From: an uncultured Gammaproteobacteria bacterium
GTDB taxonomy: Bacteria > Patescibacteriota > Patescibacteriia > Magasanikbacterales > UBA922
DNA: 64,000 bases
Reading direction: 5' to 3'
Assembly (NCBI GenBank): GCA_964394405.1
Contig: CAYMVY010000003.1
Span: forward strand, 29,224 to 93,223
The translations under genes and the position numbers were made by a program. Positions within the stretch are counted from its first letter, which is position 1. Each line of letters starts with the position of its first letter. The notes under the pieces were generated by a model. The model was not told where the DNA came from. It ran no database searches and saw only the letters and a list, made by a program, of their open reading frames with translations. This document shows positions 18,216-29,700 of the stretch, in pieces.

Positions 18216-19304
18216 ATGAGACGTTCGCTTTCAATTTTTGTAATCCTATTTTCAGTGCTTGTGTTAACCGGACAAGCTTGTGTTACTTTTGGCGGGAACA
18301 AAAAAAATACTGCACTTGGGCCATCGGGCGTGTGGGTTACTACCAAGAATGGTGAGTCCTGGACGCAGATTGTCTCCGTTCCTGGTGCTAAAGGGGTAGA
18401 ACAGCTCTCTGGTGCGGAGGTGTACAAATTGATTGATGATCCGCAGGATCCTCATGCACTCTACTGGGCATCCCGAGAGAATGGATTACTCTATAGTTAT
18501 GACGATGGTAGAACATGGGCACGAGCTGCAAGCCCACTTGATACTGGATTTGTCTACAGTGTTGCCATACATCCAAAGGAAAAATGCACGATATACGCGA
18601 CAAACGGTAGACAGATATTCAGATCCTTTGATTGTGCTCGATCGTGGAATGAAACGTATCGCGAAAATCGTACCAAATATGTCGTTACCTCGGTTGCGAT
18701 TAACCCATTTAATCCTTACCAGGTATATGCGGCGACTAGTGCTGGAGATGTGTATGTGAGTGCAGACGGGGGAAGCTCATGGCAGGTAAATATTCGCATC
18801 AATCGTGCGGATATTCGTGAGGTGGTGTTTGATCAACATGCTGAGGGAATTATATATCTTGCAACTCGTGAGAGCGGATTGTACCGATCTAAAGATGGGG
18901 GAGTTTCATGGGAGAATCTCAAATCTAAGTTTGCTGAGTATGCAGGATCTTTACAGTACCGTAGATTTGTGGTATATCCCTCAAAAGCAGAGACTATTTT
19001 CTGGATTTCAAAGTATGGAATCCTTACGTCGAGAAATTCTGGTGAAGACTGGGAACCAATTGCACTCGTCACCCCGCCAGGGAGTGTTGATATCTATGGC
19101 TTTGCGCTCAATCCTTCGAACGACAAAGAAATGTACTACACCGGAAGTATTGATGACAAATCCACATTCTATCGGAGTGTTGATGGGGGGACTACATGGG
19201 AAACACGTAAGCTTCCTACTAGACAGACTCCTACGGCGCTTCGGGTGCATCCAATAGAAAGTGGTTGGGTGTATCTGGGATTTACTACAATTGTAAAAAA
19301 ATAA
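18216..19304 (+). CDS. Secreted BNR/Asp-box repeat beta-propeller protein
   Basis: Signal peptide MRRSLSIFVILFSVLVLTGQAC. At least six SxDxGxTW-type boxes (SYDDGRTW, SFDCARSW, SADGGSSW, SKDGGVSW, SRNSGEDW, SVDGGTTW). Confidence 0.65.
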   Translation: MRRSLSIFVILFSVLVLTGQACVTFGGNKKNTALGPSGVWVTTKNGESWTQIVSVPGAKGVEQLSGAEVYKLIDDPQDPHALYWASRENGLLYSYDDGRTWARAASPLDTGFVYSVAIHPKEKCTIYATNGRQIFRSFDCARSWNETYRENRTKYVVTSVAINPFNPYQVYAATSAGDVYVSADGGSSWQVNIRINRADIREVVFDQHAEGIIYLATRESGLYRSKDGGVSWENLKSKFAEYAGSLQYRRFVVYPSKAETIFWISKYGILTSRNSGEDWEPIALVTPPGSVDIYGFALNPSNDKEMYYTGSIDDKSTFYRSVDGGTTWETRKLPTRQTPTALRVHPIESGWVYLGFTTIVKK

Positions 19305-19407
19305 ACATTGATTGCGCAGATTGACATGGATTTTGACTGAAAGATTTCAGTTTATCACTTCCACGATCTGTTTCAATCAATATTTAATCAGTTTAAATCA
19401 ATGTTAT

Positions 19408-19953
19408 ATGACTTTAGGATACAAAGAACAAATACACAAATCAATTGAGCATCTCAAGCAGGATATTTCGAGTCTGCGTACTGGGCGAGCAACGAGTGCC
19501 TTGGTTGAAGATATTATGATTGAGGCATATGGTATGAAACAACCACTCAAAGCACTTGCCTCTATCTCAGTTCTTGATGCAAAAACCCTTGCCATTGAGC
19601 CGTGGGATAAGAGTATTGTTTCTGCAGTAGACACTGGATTACGCATGTCTGATCTAGGTATCAACCCGGTAAATGATGGAAAAATGATTCGCTTGCCCTT
19701 GCCTGAGCTTAGTCAAGAAAGACGGCAAGAACTTATCAAAGTGCTTCACACCAAATTGGAATCTGGGAGAATTGTGATTCGGAAAATTCGAGAAGAAGCT
19801 CGAGAAGATGTAGATCTGCAAGAGGAACATGGGTCTATCAGCGAGGATCAGAAATACAAGATCCACGAAGAAATTGAGAAGGTAGTCAAAGAGGCTAATG
19901 AAAAAATTAAGGAGATTGGGGAAGAGAAGGAAAAAGAGATTTTGAAGGTGTAA
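19408..19953 (+). CDS. frr: Ribosome recycling factor
   Basis: MTLGYKEQIHKSIEHLKQDISSLRTGRATSALVEDI.. is typical of RRF. 181 aa. The ATG lies inside a longer TTG-initiated ORF (19312). Confidence 0.9.
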   Translation: MTLGYKEQIHKSIEHLKQDISSLRTGRATSALVEDIMIEAYGMKQPLKALASISVLDAKTLAIEPWDKSIVSAVDTGLRMSDLGINPVNDGKMIRLPLPELSQERRQELIKVLHTKLESGRIVIRKIREEAREDVDLQEEHGSISEDQKYKIHEEIEKVVKEANEKIKEIGEEKEKEILKV

Positions 19954-19979
19954 TTATCCAAATAGATCATATAAATCGT

Positions 19980-20816
19980 ATGAGTGTAGAGGGGTTTAGT
20001 CCATCTCCAGTTGAGGTTAATCCTGAAAAGAGGGAGGATCACCAATTTGATGATTTGACGATTTTTACTACGACTTTTTATGGGAGTGATCCTGTTTCTC
20101 AAACTCGGCAGAAATTAGCTGAACAGTTTTTATCCAACGCTAATAATCTTGGGGTACGAACTGTTGTTGTGGATGGAGGATCAAATCCTGAATTTTTGGA
20201 ATCATTGAAACAGTTTAAAAACGTACACGTTATTGTCGAGAGTAAATTGTCAATGGGGGAGAGTCGTCGGCGTGCGCTTCATGAGGCGCGTCAGATATAC
20301 AAAACTCCATTTTATTTGTGGGCAGAGCCAGAAAAGTCTGGTCTTATTACTCCTGAATCACTACAAGTCATGATCAGTGGGCTACGAGGAGAAACGACTG
20401 ATATTATTGTCCCTGCACGTAAAAATTTTGAATCATTGCCGAAGTTTCAAAAATTCATGGAGAAGCGAGCGAATCAGCGGGTGCGGGATAAACTTATGCC
20501 TGACACAGAAGTACTTGATTTGTGGTTTGGTCCTAAAATGTTTAACAATGAAGGTGCTGAATATTTTGAAAATTATAAGGGTACCCTCGATAAATGGGAT
20601 TCAATTATTAAACCAGTGCTCGAGGCACATCAGGCGGGTAAACGGGTTTCCACCGTAGAAGTTGACTATGAATACGACCCAACACAAAAAAATTCTGAAG
20701 AAGGTGATCGGGAGATGAAAAGGAAAAGATTTGAGCAATATATTCAGATTTTAGCTGAATTGGGTGATTCTTTTTGGAAAGAACAGCTTGATCAGAGAGA
20801 ACGTCGTAAAAAATAA
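19980..20816 (+). CDS. Hypothetical protein, possibly a GT-A-like nucleotide-sugar transferase
   Basis: Weak TVVVDGGSNPEFLESL (DxD-like) segment only. Basic C-terminal tail. Confidence 0.35.
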   Translation: MSVEGFSPSPVEVNPEKREDHQFDDLTIFTTTFYGSDPVSQTRQKLAEQFLSNANNLGVRTVVVDGGSNPEFLESLKQFKNVHVIVESKLSMGESRRRALHEARQIYKTPFYLWAEPEKSGLITPESLQVMISGLRGETTDIIVPARKNFESLPKFQKFMEKRANQRVRDKLMPDTEVLDLWFGPKMFNNEGAEYFENYKGTLDKWDSIIKPVLEAHQAGKRVSTVEVDYEYDPTQKNSEEGDREMKRKRFEQYIQILAELGDSFWKEQLDQRERRKK

Positions 20817-21077
20817 TAAGAGTGTTTTTTGATCTAATAAAAAGTCACGTGCCCTACGTGGTTTTTTGTTTTTTGATTATCCTACTTTTTGCTATAAATA
20901 CTAATTATCTTCCTGGATGTAATTGCTGGTTTAAGGGTTTTTCCCACTTTTTTATGTGGTTTTTGTCTATTGTGGATATTTCTTCTATTTTTAGCTGTTT
21001 TTATATATGAAGAACATTCAAAAAATGATATACTAGTTGCGTATCTTGGCCATCTTTTTTAGGACCAAATTTTTCGT

Positions 21078-22442
21078 ATGTCATTGATCAAAATTACCAA
21101 TTTATCAGTAATTTATTTTCTTGGTAAGAGCAACGAGGTCAATGCCTTGACTGACGTTAGTCTGGAAATTAACGCTGGAGAGCTAATAATTTTTTTTGGA
21201 GCATCGGGCTGTGGTAAGTCTACGTTGCTCTATACCATTGCAGGACTTGAGTCTCCTACTCGAGGCGAGGTGATTGTTGATGGTATTGATTTGGCACATA
21301 TGAAAACTCATGAGCTTGAGTCCTATCGTCAGAAGACAATTGGAATGGTATTCCAGGCATTCCATCTTATTCCGTCTCTTTCAGTCATGAAGAATGTCAT
21401 GTTACCCAAAATTGCGGTAGGTGCATCATCGGCTGATAGGCGCGATGAGGCGATACGATTGATGAAATATTTTGGTGTCTATGAGCAACGTAATAAATTG
21501 CCTACTGAGTTGTCTGGTGGACAGCAACAGCGTGTTGCTATCTCTCGTTCATTGATCAATGATCCAGATATTATTTTTGCTGATGAACCGGTCGGTAATC
21601 TTGATTCAAAATCAGCTCAAGATGTGTTGGGATTGATTCAAGAGCTTAATGTGAAGGATAAGAAAACTGTTATCCTGGTTACTCACGATCCATCGCACCT
21701 TGATATTGCTGATCGAGTATTTTTTATGAAAGATGGTCGCATTACTGATACGAAGGTTAATACGACTACTCGAAAGATTATTCCAGGAACTGCAAAGGCT
21801 TCAGAAACCCAAAAGACTAACCTTGAATTGGTATCTGAGACACTTACCAAGTCTGGAGATTCTGGTATTAGTGGAATGCTCCTCGAATATAAAGCAAAAG
21901 AAATTGTATCTGAAGCATTGACTGGCTTTACTGTTGAAGAAACTTCTCATATTGAGAATTATGTGAAGCAACTCTTGCGTAGTTCACTCAGTGATTACAC
22001 GGGTTTGCAACAATATCTGGACGCTGATCAGAGCAGTGGCGGACTTGATTTGGATAAGCGATCGGCGCATCGTCTCGTAGAGGTTATCAAGCGCACGGTT
22101 GAAGATATGAAAATTTTGAGCACCACTACTCCTACTACGTACAAGAAGCATGTGGGCTATATAGAACAGTTGCGATGCCATCTACTCGACATGTTTGATG
22201 TTTCTATATCAAGTACTGATTCAATTGATGCGATTGAATCAGTGATTGTTGATCGGATAGAGGGAATTACTGATCGTGTTGGAGTTCAGGTAAAGCTTGA
22301 TATGCCCCTCATTGAAGGTGGTGCGGGACTGGATCGTCGGACTGCAAAAAAAATGGCAAAACATTTGGAATTAATTATGCTTGGGCGCTATCAACCTGGA
22401 TTTATGAAACCGGGAACTACTATTGATCGATCGGCTACATAA
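21078..22442 (+). CDS. MacB/LolD-type ABC transporter ATP-binding protein with a ~230-aa C-terminal extension of unknown function
   Basis: Walker [11 protein letters not shown]-loop, signature [13 protein letters not shown], Walker B IIFADEP, H-loop VTHD. Residues ~225-454 have no recognisable motif. Confidence 0.85.
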   Translation: MSLIKITNLSVIYFLGKSNEVNALTDVSLEINAGELIIFFGASGCGKSTLLYTIAGLESPTRGEVIVDGIDLAHMKTHELESYRQKTIGMVFQAFHLIPSLSVMKNVMLPKIAVGASSADRRDEAIRLMKYFGVYEQRNKLPTELSGGQQQRVAISRSLINDPDIIFADEPVGNLDSKSAQDVLGLIQELNVKDKKTVILVTHDPSHLDIADRVFFMKDGRITDTKVNTTTRKIIPGTAKASETQKTNLELVSETLTKSGDSGISGMLLEYKAKEIVSEALTGFTVEETSHIENYVKQLLRSSLSDYTGLQQYLDADQSSGGLDLDKRSAHRLVEVIKRTVEDMKILSTTTPTTYKKHVGYIEQLRCHLLDMFDVSISSTDSIDAIESVIVDRIEGITDRVGVQVKLDMPLIEGGAGLDRRTAKKMAKHLELIMLGRYQPGFMKPGTTIDRSAT

Positions 22443-22443
22443 T

Positions 22444-23697
22444 ATGGAACAAAAACCACATACCCAAAAATTGGATTTTAAAAGCATGGTTTTGAAAGAT
22501 TTATTTTCTCTCTCTACTCGTACTTTTAAGACTCGTCTTTTGCGAACTTCTCTAACTATTTTGGGTATGAGTGTGGGTATTGGCGCGGTATTATTTTTGG
22601 TATCACTCGGATACGGTTTGCAAGAGACAGTGCTCAATCGTATTACTACTGCTGATGCGCTATTAAGTCTTGATGTTTCAGCAGGACAATCAGAACTTTT
22701 TAAACTTGATGCTGCAAGTATTGAAAAAATTGCTAGTCTGCCACATGTGGCAGAGGTGAGTCCGGTACGCGCTATCTCTTCTCAGATCGCCCTGAATGAC
22801 GTAACTGGTATTGTGACACTTTACTCAGTCAGGCCATCATATTTTGGATTGAGTGGGGTTGTTCTTTCGCAGGGTAGCTTTTTTACTTCGAATTCAGGTG
22901 ATCAGGCAGCGCGTGAACTCGTGGTTTCTTCTGCTATGACTACGCTTTTTAATATTACTCCAGAGGCGATTATTGGTAAGGAAGTTATGATGAGTGTGTT
23001 TGTTCCTACCAAGACTGAAGAGGGTGTTGAAGATGTGATGACCGTGGATTTTCCCACGCCATTTAAGGTGGTCGGCGTGGTACAGGATGATCGAGAAAGT
23101 TTTATGTACGCTCCAGCTGAGACACTAGTAGAGATACCGGTCGATACGTATATTGGGGTAAAAGTAAAAGTCACACAAGCTGAGTTTATGACATCTCTTC
23201 GTGATCAGATAATTGATATGGGTTTTTTCGTCTCAGTACTTCAGGATACTATTGATCAGGTAAAAAAGATTTTTTCTGTTATTCAAATCGTGCTTGGTTT
23301 ATTTGGACTTATTGCGTTAATCGTGTCTGCGATTGGAATGTTTAACACTATGACCGTCCTTCTTCTTGAACGTACTAATGAGATTGGGATTATGCGCTCA
23401 ATTGGTGTCACTCGCGCTGATGTTGGAAAATTATTTATTTTTGAATCCATGATTATGGGCTTCTTGGGTGGTCTGGGAGGAGTAATTCTCGGATATCTTG
23501 GGGGGACTGTATTCAATCTAGGTATCAATATTTTGGCAAATCAGTTTGGTGGTCAGTCGATTAGTTTGTTTTCTCGTCCTGTGTGGTTTATTGCATTGAT
23601 CATCATATTTTCTACGGTTATTGGTTTTTGTACGGGAATATTTCCTGCACGTCGCGCTGCACGCATCAAACCGCTCGACGCATTGCGGTATAAATAA
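22444..23697 (+). CDS. FtsX/MacB-type ABC transporter permease (4 TM with large extracytoplasmic loop)
   Basis: TM1 near N-terminus, ~230-aa loop, three C-terminal TMs, C-terminal ..RAARIKPLDALRYK as in MacB/FtsX. The ATG immediately follows the upstream TAA. Confidence 0.8.
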   Translation: MEQKPHTQKLDFKSMVLKDLFSLSTRTFKTRLLRTSLTILGMSVGIGAVLFLVSLGYGLQETVLNRITTADALLSLDVSAGQSELFKLDAASIEKIASLPHVAEVSPVRAISSQIALNDVTGIVTLYSVRPSYFGLSGVVLSQGSFFTSNSGDQAARELVVSSAMTTLFNITPEAIIGKEVMMSVFVPTKTEEGVEDVMTVDFPTPFKVVGVVQDDRESFMYAPAETLVEIPVDTYIGVKVKVTQAEFMTSLRDQIIDMGFFVSVLQDTIDQVKKIFSVIQIVLGLFGLIALIVSAIGMFNTMTVLLLERTNEIGIMRSIGVTRADVGKLFIFESMIMGFLGGLGGVILGYLGGTVFNLGINILANQFGGQSISLFSRPVWFIALIIIFSTVIGFCTGIFPARRAARIKPLDALRYK

Positions 23698-23720
23698 TTT
23701 GTCTACGCTGTTTCAATCGT

Positions 23721-26700
23721 ATGCCTGGTAAAAGACGAACTGTACAAGCAACACGCAATCCATCTCCTTCTCGAGGTGGTCGTCTTCGTGCCTGGCATAA
23801 GTATGTTGCGTGGCAGGAATTACTCAATTCATATCAGCTTTCTAAGAAGACGCAAAAGAATTCTGACACTCATACTGATCGTTTTTATCTAGAAAAACAA
23901 ATTGTTTGGCATTATTTCAAAAATTTCTTTTTATTTCCTGTATGGTTTTTCAAATTATTAACCCCGTCATATTTTAAGGGTCCGGTAAACGTATGGACAA
24001 ATCTTCATACGATTTTACGAAGTCATGAGTTTCGTCCACTCCGGATGGCAGTTGTGTCTCAGGCTCTTTTTCTATTTATTATTATTAAATTGGGAATTTT
24101 TGTATTCTATTATCAATCAACCCCTGCCTACACCGCAACCTACGGATGGATCCAGACTAACTGGATAGGGGGTGTTTCTACGACTGCTGCAGCAACACAC
24201 ACCAGTGATCGAACAGGTTGGACACAGTATACGAGCTCAACTCTGGTGAGTGTCTATGCTTCTCCTGGTAATGTGGTTATTGCAACATCGAGTTACACGA
24301 CGACTGATGATGCAACACTTACTACTGATGGGCTAGCGAGTGGGGGAGGATTTGGAAATGGTGCCACCTCGACTGTAGAGGTTAGTGGTGGGGATGTGAC
24401 TCTTAGTGTTGCATCAGCTGGAGGAGAAGTGCTTGATTGGGATTCAGCCCCCCTCACTCTTCCCGCTACTATTTCGGGCACTGATGATGGGAATGGGGTC
24501 ATGGTGACCGATGGTGATGATGCTTTTTATATTCTTCGAGGAGGTGGAACTACTGGTTTTTATAAATTTGTACCTTCCACTGCGACCACGAGCACACTTA
24601 CTTCAGTTCCGAGTGCAATTCCACCTAATGGAGGAGGTGGTTCGTTAGTACTTTCTGGTAATTATATCTACGTATATTCTGGCGGTAATAGTGGTCCAAA
24701 ATTTTATGCGTACTCAATTGCAGATGATTCATGGACCACTCTCACGAATCCACCCAGCGCTCCCTATGGGGATGGTATTGGTAGTAGTATGGCTGCAGAT
24801 GCTAGTGGTAATATTTATTTGGCAGCTGGAGGTGCTACTACTAATTTTTATAAATACACTGTGTCGACTGCTCCAAGTGGTTCGTGGAGCAGTGCATATA
24901 CTTTTGGGAGTAGTGTGCGAAGAGGTTCTCGTGCAATTTATGATAGCGTGAATAATGATATTTTGGTGCTTTCTGGTAATAATGGTCACAGTGTATTTAA
25001 ATTTGACATAGATTCTTCGACAGTCACCTCGTATGCTGGTGCTAACAATGATCCTGGCTTTACGACTGGTGCGACGATGGCTGTTGATACTACGAATAAT
25101 AGAGTCTATGCACTCAGTGGGCAGAGTTATGGGTACATGGAAATTCTCAATCTTTCGAATGGTACATGGAATTCTCGTCAATCTTCATCTACTCCTGTAG
25201 GGTCAGATGCAGGTGCCTATATGATTAAGAAAGAGGGTGAGAAGCGAATTTATACCTCATTTGGGGGAACTAGTTTTTACTACTTTAGTACTGATGGTGC
25301 TGGTTCGTGGCAGATGACCTCTAATACTAGCCCTGTCCCTGCTTCGATGGGGCAGGGTGCAACCCTGATTCGACATGGTAATGACGAGATCTATGCCTTG
25401 CTTGGTGGTGGAAGCTCGGCAATTTATCGTTTTGCGATTAATTCAGGCACGCAATATAACACGTCTGGAAATTTGATTTCAGCAACTATTGATCTCAAAT
25501 TTGCGTCTTCAACCTATATCTCTTGGTCAGCCACTACGCCTGCAAACACTGGTTCAAATGCAGTGAAATTTCAGGTTGCTGCGAATACTGATAACTCGAC
25601 GTGGAATTATGTAGGTCCTGATGGTACAGCGAGCACGTATTTTACCACTTCAAATACGGCATTACCTGATTCGCTGAATGGAAAGCGCTATTATAGGTAC
25701 AAAGCGTACCTCACAACCTCTAATTCTTCTTATACGCCTACATTGCATAGTGTTACTTTCACGTATGATAGTTATCGTACTTCTGGTGGAATAGCTTCTT
25801 CACCATTTAATACTCTTGATGGTACCAATGTTCCTGCATCTATTGCGTGGACACAAACTGTCCCAACGGGTACGAGTATTAAATTTCAAGTTCGTACTAG
25901 TGCTGATAATAATACGTGGACTTCGTGGATGGGTCCTGATGGGACTGAGGGTACCTATTTTACTGACAATACTGGGGCGCAGGATATGCCTGCGGCACTG
26001 AGCGATGGGACAAATGATAATTGGATTCAGTATCAGGCATATTTTGTGAGTGATGGTACGGCGACACCAGTACTCGCTGACGCTACCTTCACCTATGTAG
26101 TGAATGCTCCTCCTGAAATTTCTATCACAAGTTCTACTCTTTCGGTTGCTTCTGATGGGGTCTTGACTGTAGATTATACTGTTCGAGATATTGACACAGA
26201 CACTGGAGCTACGACCGGATATGTTGCAGTATCACTTCAGTATTGCACTGCAAATTGTTCGAGTTCTGGATCAGAAACCTGGGCAACTGCTGCTGCAGGA
26301 AGTTTGACTGGTAATTTTGGTTCGAGTGTTACGGTAAACGCCCTCTCACCAACCGAATATACGAGTCATTCTCTTACCTGGACGCCAACTAGTTCTTATA
26401 ATAATCAGTATAATGGAAGTACTTTTAAGATCCGTCTTGTTGCTGATGATTCTGAAGCTGCAAATAATACGGGGAATGATGAATCAAACGTTTTTGTTCT
26501 TGATACTACTGACCCTGTGGTTTCGTTAGTAATTGATGGAAGAACGTCTACTACTACATTGACCTTTAGTGTCACTGAAGATACTCAGCTAGGAATGCAG
26601 ATGAAGCTATCAAATAATAGTAGTCTTGCTTCTGATGGATTGAATGCTGATTCGGGAACTTGGATTCCCTATGCCTCCACCTCGACATGGAATTTGGGAA

Positions 26701-29700
26701 GTGGGGGAACTACGGTGTATTACCAAATCAAGGATAGGTACGGTAATGTCTCTGCAGGTAATGCTATTTCTTCGGGTCAGACTCCTCAAATTCCAGGAAA
26801 TTTATTTTTCAAAGATATTTCCAATGCAGAGACGAGTGAATGGCGAGAATTTATTGCTTGGCAAATTATTGACGAGCCGACTCCTGGATTTTCGAAATAT
26901 ACTATTTACCGCTCAACTGATGGTAGTACCTATGAGGAACTTGCAACTCAGGTATCACGTGTCATTAATTATTATCTTGATACTGATATTGATACTGGTA
27001 CTACGTATTACTATAAAGTCACTTCACATGATACTAGTGGAAATGTTTCGAGTTACTCGACGGTGGTGTCTGATGATCCCAATGGTACGGGAGGTACTGA
27101 TGTGGCGTCTCCTAGTATTACTAATGTTGCAACCAGTACGATTACACCTGATTCTGTGACTATTACCTGGGATACAGATGAGGTTTCTGATTCGTATGTG
27201 GATTATATTACGGTAGCAGGTGGTGATTTTAGTGGAGCTAATACGGTCGGTATTACTACCATGCGAGATACTGAAGATGGGCTCGGAGAGCACAGTGTAG
27301 TACTTACTGACCTGACCCCTGAAACTACATATTATTTCCGTGTACGGTCAATAGACCCGGATGGAAATCAAGGTACAGGTACTCAGGAGCCGAATGGGTA
27401 CTCGTTTACTACGTTGTCTGGACCCACTATTTCAAATGTGATAACCTCGGAGATTCTTAATACTGAGGCAACAATTACTTGGACTACCAATCAAGAGAGT
27501 GATTCATATGTTGTTTTTTCGACTTCTTCGAGTTTCACTGCATCTACTACGGTCGGCTCACCTACCAGTGTGACATCACATTCGGTCACCTTACCATCAC
27601 TCACTCAAAATACAACTTATTTTTATTATGTGGTATCTGGAATTTCGGTTGATAAAAATACTGTTGAGGGTCAACATGAGTATTATAGTTTTACCACTAC
27701 TGCAGACTTGACTGCTCCAACTATTACTTTTGACGTAGATGATGACGTCACTGTTTCTGACACCTCAATCATCGTCACTTTTGTGACCAATGAGCCTGCG
27801 ACTTCGAGTCTTCAGTATGGTACGAGCGGTGCTTATGGATCTTCCCAGATAAATAATAATTTGAATACCGATCATCGATACTCGCTTACAGACCTACTCC
27901 CGGGCACGCTCTATTATTTCAGTCTACAGGTCTCAGATGAAGATGAAAATGTATCAAGTGCTACCCAGTTTAATGCCACCACTACGAATAGTGCTGATGT
28001 GACTGCGCCGACTATATCATCAGTTACGACTACTGTTGTGACCGATGACCAGGCTCTTATTGAGTGGTCGACTGATGAAGGTGCAACAGGAAGAGTTTGG
28101 TATGGAACTACTTCAGGAATATATGGATCGTCCAGTAATCTATCTTCGTCATACAATCGGAGTCATGCAATAACATTATCAAGTTTGACTACTTCGACTG
28201 CATATTATTATATCGTTGCTTCGGTTGATTCCAGTGGAAATTCTGCAACTTCAAGTGAATATGGATTTACTACTCTTGAGACGCTTACTCCTGAAAGTGA
28301 AGTAATTTTGCGTGAAGAAGAAGCGCGGGCTGAAGGAGAGGATGAGGGAAGGGCAGCTGCTTCTTCGGGTGGTGGCGGTGGTGGCGGAGGCTCTTCCTCT
28401 GACAAGACGGCCCCGATTATTTCGGGAGCCACTGTTACTGATATTACGAGTCAGTCTGCCACCTTTACTTGGAATACTGATGAGGCAGGGGATAGTGTGG
28501 TTGAATTTGGAGAAACCAATGCTTATGGAAGAGGTGGATTGATTTTTGAGAATACAAAAAATCATAAAATAGTTCTTACTGACTTAGATCCTCTCACTAA
28601 GTATTTTTATCGATTGAGTTCTGCAGATGCAGCGGGTAATCGTAGTACTTTCTTTGAAAGTTCGTTTAGCACTCTTTCGCTTTTAGAAGACGCAAATACT
28701 ATTGCAAGTACTACTGCATCTGATGATCTGGAAACAGAGGAGGTACAGGAATCATTCCTTGCTTCTCTTGAAAAAGTGACTGATTTTATACGTACCATGG
28801 CGACTCGAGTAAGTGTTGGAGTTCTTGAGTCATCACTATTGAAACAGTCTGATCTAGTACTCGAACTTTCTTCGCTTCTCCCTCTTCCTGCTATTGGTGG
28901 ACAGCCAGTGGTTGAAACAGGTTCTACCTATGCTACGGTTTCTTGGACTACTGATAAGGAATCTAATTCATTGGTTTCTTTTGCTTCTGATGCGGACTAC
29001 CTTCTTTCCAAGCAGTACACACAGACTGTTGGTGATTCTGAATTGATGACCACACAGCATTCAGTTGAAATTAGGGGATTACAGCCATCGACTCTGTATC
29101 ACTATCGTGTGATTTCGCGAACTCAGACTGGTGCTGAGACGAGATCTCAGGATTTTGTGTTCCAGACCAAGGCTGAGAGTACAGAAATCGAGACGCATAA
29201 GATTGATATTATATCTTCTGAAGAGGCTGTATTTTCATGGAATACAACTATCCCGACTGAATCTATTGTATCGTATATTCCGTATCGCAATGGTGTCCTT
29301 GATATTGACGCAAAACAGTTTGTAAAAGATAAAAGTCTTACTACAAAACATTCGTTGCATGTCAAAAACCTCGAAGCAGGTGTACTCTATGATATTGAAA
29401 TTTCTGGTATTGATTCAGGCGGTAATACAGTCAGTAAGACAATCAAAGGTTTTTCAACTAATGATGAGGATCTTCCTCCAATTATTTCTCAGGTCACCAC
29501 TGATTCAGCGATTCTTCCTGGAGGAAATGATAAAATTCAGGTAATCATTTCTTGGATTACCAATGAATTTTCTACAACCAAAGTGTATTACCTTAAAGGA
29601 TTCTCGGGTGAGAATACTGAGTTCAAAGATAGTACCCCGCTTGATTCTAATTACACGAAAAAACATATTGCAGTTATTGCTAATTTTGAGCCTGGTTTTG

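Noticed and set aside
20822-21010. 62-aa hydrophobic ORF between the GT-A-like gene and the ABC ATPase
   Set aside because: It lies in a terminator and promoter region (hairpin cacgtg..acgtgg followed by a T-run at ~20850), and its Phe/Leu/Ile-rich composition is driven by T-runs. It cannot be excluded as a small membrane protein, but there is no positive evidence for it.
28368-28392. GGT/GGC run (ggtggtggcggtggtggcggaggc)
   Set aside because: It encodes the Gly8 linker between the Fn3-like modules of the giant protein. It is not an independent simple-sequence repeat or a CRISPR-like feature.
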